Notes under the pieces: model-generated
The model's database searches: none
What the model was told of the DNA's origin: nothing
Seen by the model: only the letters and a program-made list of their open reading frames with translations
Made by a program: the position numbers and the translations under genes
Assembly (NCBI GenBank): GCA_045656865.1
Contig: JAZOSB010000032.1
Span: 1-56,130, forward strand
Direction of reading: 5' to 3'
Length of the DNA: 56,130 nucleotides
Source: Clostridia bacterium
GTDB taxonomy: Bacteria; Bacillota; Clostridia; UMGS1883
Shown: piece after piece, positions 50,208-56,130 of the stretch
Layout of the letters: each line of letters starts with the position of its first letter
Numbering within the stretch: the stretch's first letter is position 1

Positions 50208-50576
50208 TTACTTCTTCTTATTAGCGATTGTACGCTTCGGACCCTTACGAGTTCTTGCGTTTGTCTTTGTTCTCTGACCTCTTACGGGAAGTCCCTTTCT
50301 GTGACGGAGACCTCTGTAAGAACCGATTTCTACAAGACGCTTAATGTTAAGAGCTACTTCACGACGAAGGTCACCTTCTACTGTATACTCGTTATCAATC
50401 GCGTCTCTGATCTTACCGATTTCATCTTCTGTAAGATCTTTTACACGGGTATCAGGATTGATACCTGTTGCCTCAAGGATTTTCTTTGCGCTTGTTCTGC
50501 CAATACCGTAAACATATGTGAGACCAATCTCAACTCTCTTTTCACGGGGCAGGTCAACACCGGCTATTCTCGCCAT
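50208..50576 (-). CDS. rpsM: 30S ribosomal protein S13
   Basis: [28 protein letters not shown]. Confidence 0.99.
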   Translation of the reverse strand: MARIAGVDLPREKRVEIGLTYVYGIGRTSAKKILEATGINPDTRVKDLTEDEIGKIRDAIDNEYTVEGDLRREVALNIKRLVEIGSYRGLRHRKGLPVRGQRTKTNARTRKGPKRTIANKKK

Positions 50577-50697
50577 CTGTTAATACACCTCCAAAATTAA
50601 ATGAAACATACTTTTTTATTGGATTAGGGGTAATTGATTATGCGTTTTGGGCAATCACACAAAATGATTTCAGCCGCGCCCTTAACGGACTAAAAAA

Positions 50698-50826
<129 letters not shown>

Positions 50827-50862
50827 CTAACGCTTCGGCAACCGAGGTTGCCACTTCTAAAT

Positions 50863-51081
50863 TTATTTTGCTCGCCAAGTGATTCTTCCGCGAGTGAGGT
50901 CGTATGGAGAAAGCTCCACAGTAACCTTGTCACCGGGCAAAATCCTTATAAAGTTCATCCTTAACTTACCGGAAATGTGTGCCAGGATTTGATGGCCGTT
51001 ATCAAGTTCCACCTGAAACATTGCGTTGGGCAGCGCTTCAAGCACGGTACCTTCAAGTTCCAATACATCTTCTTTAGCCAA
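50863..51081 (-). CDS. infA: Translation initiation factor IF-1
   Basis: [26 protein letters not shown]; TTG start. Confidence 0.98.
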   Translation of the reverse strand: MAKEDVLELEGTVLEALPNAMFQVELDNGHQILAHISGKLRMNFIRILPGDKVTVELSPYDLTRGRITWRAK

Positions 51082-51100
51082 GGCTACAACCTCCTTAATT

Positions 51101-51361
51101 TTATAAACAAAAATCTTTGTTCACGCAATTTGCTACGCTTTTCAATGCTTTTCTGATATGTGCATCATAAAGAGGATTATATAAGGAAAGGTCAATCCTT
51201 TCGCCTATTTCTTTAAGATGCTTTCTGTTTTTCTTTTTCGGGTTTTTAAGGAGCTTTCTCCTGCCGTCACACAAAAGAGGAAATTCTCCTGCCTGTATGA
51301 CTACATAGAGTCTTCCTTTGTCATGACCCGAAACCGACACTACTACATCACCCGTTTTCAT
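51101..51361 (-). CDS. KOW-domain (L14e-like) RNA-binding protein
   Basis: [24 protein letters not shown]; conserved position between map and infA in Clostridia. Confidence 0.82.
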   Translation of the reverse strand: MKTGDVVVSVSGHDKGRLYVVIQAGEFPLLCDGRRKLLKNPKKKNRKHLKEIGERIDLSLYNPLYDAHIRKALKSVANCVNKDFCL

Positions 51362-51369
51362 ATTGTCAC

Positions 51370-52119
51370 CTACACAGTCAGAAGTATCGGACCTTCGGGG
51401 GTAATTGCGAGGGTGTTTTCGTAATGAGCCGAAAGCTTCCTGTCACGGCTTCTTACGGTCCAGCCATCTTCCTTATCGAAATCAACTGCTGCAGTTCCCT
51501 GATTTATCATAGGCTCTACGGCAATTACCATACCGTTTACAAGCCTGCGACCTCTGCCTGCGTTACCGAAGTTCGGGATGTCAGGGTCCTCGTGAAGATT
51601 CCTGCCGACACCGTGGCCGACAAGCTCACGAACAACTCCGTATCCGTTTTCTTCAGCATAGCTCTGAACTGCGTAGCCGATATCACCGATTCTGTTTCCT
51701 GCCACAGCCATTGCTGCACCTTTATAGAAACATTCTTTCGTCACATCAATAAGCTTTTGTGCTTCCTGAGAAATCTGTCCCACAGGGAAAGTTCTCGCCG
51801 CATCTGCGTGATAACCGTTAAGGAATGCACCTACATCTACGCTTACTATATCGCCCTCACTCAAGACCACCTTTTTAGATGGAATTCCGTGAACAACTAT
51901 ACAGTTAGGCGAGATGCAGCTTGCTGCAGGAAAACCGTTGTAATTTTTAAAGGAAGGGCGGGCGTTATGCCCCACAATAACATTTTCTATAAGAGCATTA
52001 AGCTCCCAAGTAGTCATTCCGGGCTTTACCGCCTCACCTGCAAGGCTAAGCGCCTCGCTTACAATTTTTCCTGCTTCCCTTATTTTTTGTATTTCGTTTG
52101 ATGATTTTAAAATAATCAT
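51370..52119 (-). CDS. map: Methionine aminopeptidase type I
   Basis: VVHGIP, DVG..D, GHGVG..HEDP, AVEPM, SAHYENT. Confidence 0.97.
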   Translation of the reverse strand: MIILKSSNEIQKIREAGKIVSEALSLAGEAVKPGMTTWELNALIENVIVGHNARPSFKNYNGFPAASCISPNCIVVHGIPSKKVVLSEGDIVSVDVGAFLNGYHADAARTFPVGQISQEAQKLIDVTKECFYKGAAMAVAGNRIGDIGYAVQSYAEENGYGVVRELVGHGVGRNLHEDPDIPNFGNAGRGRRLVNGMVIAVEPMINQGTAAVDFDKEDGWTVRSRDRKLSAHYENTLAITPEGPILLTV

Positions 52120-52757
52120 TAACCTTTAACTCCTAACGCCTCTAAAACAGCATCCGTAGTTTCTTCTATTGAATTTCTTCCGGTAACATTTACCAGAACA
52201 TCTTTTTTATTATAGAAGTCTATCAGTGGCTCTGTTTCGCTGTGATATACACTAAGCCTTTGGCGTATGGTGTCCGGAACATCATCAGAACGGGTAATAA
52301 GTGCGCCACCGCACTTGTCACACACGCCTTCCTTTTCCGGAGGGTTAAATTTTACATGGTAAGGAGCTGCACACGCTTTACACTCTCTTCTTCCGCCAAG
52401 ACGGTCTACAATGACCTCATCACTGACTAAGAGATTAAGTGCATAGTCAAGCTCTATACCAAATTCGTCCATTGCGTCAGCCTGGGGGAGCGTTCTGGGA
52501 AAACCGTCTAATATATAGCCGTTTTCACAGTCCTTTTCCAAAAGGCGTTTTGAAACCATATCGATTACAAGCTTATCAGGAACAAGCTGTCCATTTGCGA
52601 TATAATCTTCTGCCGCCTTGCCAAGCTCTGTTTTTTCACGAATGGCACTTCTTATGATGGCTCCCGTGGAGATATGAGGGATACTGAGTTTTTCGCTGAG
52701 AATCTCAGCCTGAGTGCCCTTACCACCACCGGGAGGTCCCATTATCGTGATTTTCAT
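52119..52757 (-). CDS. adk: Adenylate kinase
   Basis: GPPGGGKGTQ, LDGFPR, Zn-lid CKAC..CDKC. Confidence 0.97.
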   Translation of the reverse strand: MKITIMGPPGGGKGTQAEILSEKLSIPHISTGAIIRSAIREKTELGKAAEDYIANGQLVPDKLVIDMVSKRLLEKDCENGYILDGFPRTLPQADAMDEFGIELDYALNLLVSDEVIVDRLGGRRECKACAAPYHVKFNPPEKEGVCDKCGGALITRSDDVPDTIRQRLSVYHSETEPLIDFYNKKDVLVNVTGRNSIEETTDAVLEALGVKG

Positions 52758-52807
52758 AATTTCCCTTCTTTCAAGCTGCAAACCTGTTCTCTATGCCAAG
52801 GGTTCCA

Positions 52808-54106
52808 TTATTCAAGGAATCCCTTGTAGTGGCGCATAAGCATCTGGCTTTCAACTTCCCTTACAGTTTCGAGAGCAACACCAACTACGATAAGAAGGCT
52901 TGTTCCTGTAAGCGAAAGACTTGCCATATTTACTGTACCCAGTACCATCGAAATAACGATGGGAAGTACTGCAATTACTGCAAGGCAAAGCGAACCAAGC
53001 AAAGTAATTCTGCCAAGAACCTTGGCAATATACTCTGTTGTAGGTCTTCCCGGACGGATACCGGGAATCATACCGTTGTTTGTCTTGATATTATTGGATA
53101 CTTCTACGGGATTGAAAGAAATTGATGTGTAGAAATATGTGAAGCCTACAATCAATAAGAAGTACAGAATGGGGTAAATGGCACCGGTTGTGATAAACTC
53201 AGTTACCTTTACAAGCCAGCTATCGGGATTGTTTGCCGCGAAAAGCTGAACAAGTGTGCCGGGGAAGGAGATAATGCTCATTGCAAAGATGATGGGCATA
53301 ACGCCTGCCATTGAAACCTTAATCGGAATATTAGAATTCTGACCGCCGTACATCTTTCTTCCAACTACACGCTTTGCATACTGAACGGGTATTCTTCTTT
53401 CACCCTCGTTGACAAGGATTACAAATACGATTGACAGCAATGAATAGATTAAAAGGAACACAAGCATATACCACTGTTTCGGGAAGAAACCAATCCAAGC
53501 GGTACGAATCATCTTGGGAACGCTTGATACGATACCTGCAAAGATAAGCATTGAAATACCGTTACCGATTCCGCGTCCTGTAATCTGTTCACCGAGCCAC
53601 ATAAGAAATGCGGTACCTGCTGTGAATGCAAAAATAATTGTAATCGCAACAAGGAATGAGGGGATACCTTCTACAGTTCTGATTGCGCCCTGATTGTAAA
53701 GTGTTACATACAGGCCGTATGCCTGAACTGCAGCCAATAGCACAGTAACATAACGTGTGAGTTTTGTAATCTTCTTTCTGCCTTCTTCACCTTCCTTGCT
53801 CATTCTTTCAAGAGCAGGGATTGCTACACACAACAGCTGCATAATAATGGAGCTGTTGATGTAGGGAGAAATTGACATTGCAAAGATTGTTGCCTGTGAA
53901 AATGCACCACCGGAAAAGGTGTCAAGCAAATTAAACAGGGATGTTCCTCCACCTGCTGACTGCATCCATGTTGCGATGGCAGCTTTATCAATCCACGGAA
54001 CGGGGATTACACTACCGAATCTGAATACAACCAGAAGAAGGAAAGTATAAAGGAATTTTTTTCTTAATTCAGGGATCTTCCATGCATTACGTAAAGTTTG
54101 CAGCAT
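52808..54106 (-). CDS. secY: Preprotein translocase SecY
   Basis: WLGEQIT..GIGNGIS, IPVQYAK, AGVMPIIFA, IPGIRPG, GTSLLIVVGV. Confidence 0.99.
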   Translation of the reverse strand: MLQTLRNAWKIPELRKKFLYTFLLLVVFRFGSVIPVPWIDKAAIATWMQSAGGGTSLFNLLDTFSGGAFSQATIFAMSISPYINSSIIMQLLCVAIPALERMSKEGEEGRKKITKLTRYVTVLLAAVQAYGLYVTLYNQGAIRTVEGIPSFLVAITIIFAFTAGTAFLMWLGEQITGRGIGNGISMLIFAGIVSSVPKMIRTAWIGFFPKQWYMLVFLLIYSLLSIVFVILVNEGERRIPVQYAKRVVGRKMYGGQNSNIPIKVSMAGVMPIIFAMSIISFPGTLVQLFAANNPDSWLVKVTEFITTGAIYPILYFLLIVGFTYFYTSISFNPVEVSNNIKTNNGMIPGIRPGRPTTEYIAKVLGRITLLGSLCLAVIAVLPIVISMVLGTVNMASLSLTGTSLLIVVGVALETVREVESQMLMRHYKGFLE

Positions 54107-54107
54107 T

Positions 54108-54548
54108 TTAGATCACCTCCACCTTGCCGCCTGCGGCTTCAATCTTCTTTGCAGCACCTTCTGTTACGCGGGCTGCCTTTACGGTGATTTTCTTAGTGAT
54201 TTCACCACGACCTAAAACTACAATACCGTCAAGGATTTTTGAAATAACGCCAGTCTCCTTAAGGAGAGTTGCGTCAACTACTGTACCGTCTTCAAACTTA
54301 TTGAGGTCGGATACGTTGATTTCTGTATATTTCTTTGCAAAAATATTATTGAAACCTCTCTTAGGAAGACGTCTGTAAATAGGCATCTGTCCACCTTCGA
54401 AGCCGGGTCTTACGCCACCGCCGCTACGAGCGTTCTGACCTTTATGACCGCGACCTGCTGTCTTACCGTTACCTGTGCCGGCACCTCTACCTTTTCTCTT
54501 ACCCTCGGTTTTGCTGCCGATTGCAGGACTAAGCTCATTGAGTTTCAT
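54108..54548 (-). CDS. rplO: 50S ribosomal protein L15
   Basis: [23 protein letters not shown]. Confidence 0.99.
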   Translation of the reverse strand: MKLNELSPAIGSKTEGKRKGRGAGTGNGKTAGRGHKGQNARSGGGVRPGFEGGQMPIYRRLPKRGFNNIFAKKYTEINVSDLNKFEDGTVVDATLLKETGVISKILDGIVVLGRGEITKKITVKAARVTEGAAKKIEAAGGKVEVI

Positions 54549-54568
54549 TTCTGCGCACCTCCTTAATG

Positions 54569-54748
54569 TTAGATTTCTTCAACTTTAACAAGATGAGATA
54601 CCTTGTTAATCATCCCTCTGATCTGGGGATTATCTGCATGCTCTTTACAGTCACGGATTTTCTTGAGACCAAGAGCTTCAACTGTAGCGATCTGGTCCTT
54701 CTTGGAACCGATAACGCTTTTAACAAGAGTTACTTTAAGATTAGCCAC
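54569..54748 (-). CDS. rpmD: 50S ribosomal protein L30 (below the ORF-track cutoff)
   Basis: GTG start; manual translation [38 protein letters not shown], between rpsE and rplO. Confidence 0.96.
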   Translation of the reverse strand: MANLKVTLVKSVIGSKKDQIATVEALGLKKIRDCKEHADNPQIRGMINKVSHLVKVEEI

Positions 54749-54761
54749 TATTCTCTCCCCC

Positions 54762-55259
54762 TTACAGTTCTTCTACAGCCTTACCTCTGAGACGAGCAAC
54801 TTCTGCTGCGTCCTTAAGAGAAGCAAGACCTTCGATTGTAGCACGTACTACATTTCTGGGATTGTTGGAGCGAAGGCACTTTGTTCTGATGTTCTTGATA
54901 CCTGCAAGCTCAACTACTGCACGAACAGCTCCGCCTGCGATGATACCTGTACCTTCTTTAGCCGGCATAAGAAGAACTCTTCCTGCGCCGAACTCACCAA
55001 TGATTTCGTGGGGAATTGTAGAATCAACTAAAGGAACAGAAACCATGTTCTTCTTAGCGTCTTCAATACCCTTTCTTATAGCATCGGGAACTTCGGCTGC
55101 CTTACCAAGACCGAAACCAACCTTGCCGTTTTCGTCACCTACAACAACAAGAGCGCTGAAACGGAATGTACGACCACCTTTAACAACCTTTGCTACACGG
55201 CTGATGTGAACAACCTTTTCTTTAATATCAAGTGTTGATGCGTCAATACGCTCTGACAT
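54762..55259 (-). CDS. rpsE: 30S ribosomal protein S5
   Basis: [28 protein letters not shown]. Confidence 0.99.
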   Translation of the reverse strand: MSERIDASTLDIKEKVVHISRVAKVVKGGRTFRFSALVVVGDENGKVGFGLGKAAEVPDAIRKGIEDAKKNMVSVPLVDSTIPHEIIGEFGAGRVLLMPAKEGTGIIAGGAVRAVVELAGIKNIRTKCLRSNNPRNVVRATIEGLASLKDAAEVARLRGKAVEEL

Positions 55260-55276
55260 AAGTTTCCCTCCTTCTC

Positions 55277-55633
55277 TTAGAACTTAAGGCCGCCCTCACG
55301 AGCGCCTTCTGCAAGCTCTGCAACTCTACCGTGGTAGATGTAACCGCCGCGGTCAAAAACCACTTCAGTAATACCTGCCTCAGTAGCCTTCTGAGCTACC
55401 AATTTACCAACTTCTTTTGCTGCTTCCTTGTTACCGCCGTAAGTTTCTTTAAGTTCGAGACTTGAAGCGGATACAAGTGTTACGCCCTTCTCATCATCGA
55501 TGATTTGTGCGTAGATATTCTTAAGGCTTCTGAAAACATTAAGACGGGGGCGCTGAGCTGTACCACTGATGTGGTTACGGATGCGGCCATGTCTCTTAAG
55601 TCTTGCCTTATTGCTGTTAGTCTTGCTAACCAT
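55277..55633 (-). CDS. rplR: 50S ribosomal protein L18
   Basis: [21 protein letters not shown]. Confidence 0.99.
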   Translation of the reverse strand: MVSKTNSNKARLKRHGRIRNHISGTAQRPRLNVFRSLKNIYAQIIDDEKGVTLVSASSLELKETYGGNKEAAKEVGKLVAQKATEAGITEVVFDRGGYIYHGRVAELAEGAREGGLKF

Positions 55634-55651
55634 ATCGCTTTATCTCCTCTC

Positions 55652-56130
55652 TTACTTCTTACCAGCTTTACCTTCCTTGCGGATGATACGCTCGTCAATG
55701 TATTTGATACCTTTACCCTTGTAAGGCTCCGGCGGACGTTTTTCTCTTACTTCAGCTGCAAACTGACCAACCTTCTGATTGTCAGCACCTGAAATAATGA
55801 TAGAGTTAGGATTGGGAACTTCGATTGTTACACCTTCGGGAGCTTCCATCTCAACATTATGAGAGTAACCGAGGTTCATAACAAGTGTCTTGCCCTGCAT
55901 CTGAGCTCTGTAACCAACGCCGTTAATTTCAAGCTCTTTCTTGAAGCCGTCTGTAACACCTACAACCATATTGTTGAGAAGTGTTCTTGTGAGGCCGTGA
56001 AGAGCCTTATGCTTTTTGATTTCGCTGGGACGCTGTATTTCGATAGCGCCGTTTTCCTGCTTTATAATCATATCACCGTGAAGCTGTTTCTGAAGCTCAC
56101 CCTTGGGTCCTTTAACGGTTACGAAGTTTT
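55652..56130 (-). CDS. rplF: 50S ribosomal protein L6 (5' end outside the window)
   Basis: TVKGPKGEL, GVGYRA, RPPEPYKGKGI. Confidence 0.98.
   Translation of the reverse strand, partial: NFVTVKGPKGELQKQLHGDMIIKQENGAIEIQRPSEIKKHKALHGLTRTLLNNMVVGVTDGFKKELEINGVGYRAQMQGKTLVMNLGYSHNVEMEAPEGVTIEVPNPNSIIISGADNQKVGQFAAEVREKRPPEPYKGKGIKYIDERIIRKEGKAGKK

Overview
Core-genome segment of a spore-forming Clostridia (Oscillospiraceae/Ruminococcaceae-like) chromosome. Left to right: a Phe-specifier T-box leader pointing off the left edge; tRNA-Leu with the rare AAG anticodon; an SLH surface protein; clpC/E, a degenerate LeuB-fold ORF, ogg and yqeG; the rimP-nusA-ylxR-ylxQ-infB-rbfA-nrnA-truB-ribF-patatin operon; recJ-relA-MBL-hemZ-uridine kinase (minus strand); a bile salt hydrolase-family gene; uvrBA followed by yabP-yabQ-divIC-S1; a SipL-like coat protein; a stand-alone sigG; fumC; galE-pgi-DUF624; a paaK-iorA-iorB-paaK-ACT aryl-acid operon; and the distal spc/alpha ribosomal operon (rplF to rplQ). 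No prophage, transposase, CRISPR array or recognisable defence gene was seen. The unusual content is intergenic: (i) a ~155-bp structured repeat in two copies 41.7 kb apart, with a compensatory base-pair change, each copy abutting a terminator U-tract; (ii) a 174-bp element built from 4+4 facing nonamers spaced by mini-hairpins; (iii) a ~190-nt promoter-to-terminator structured RNA with a possible pseudoknot or switch, upstream of an orphan gene; (iv) an ~80-nt sRNA candidate carrying an anti-SD motif; (v) a DnaA-box-like cluster away from dnaA; (vi) a ~245-bp branched palindrome in the rplQ 3' UTR. All calls come from reading the sequence by eye; no searches or folding programs were run.
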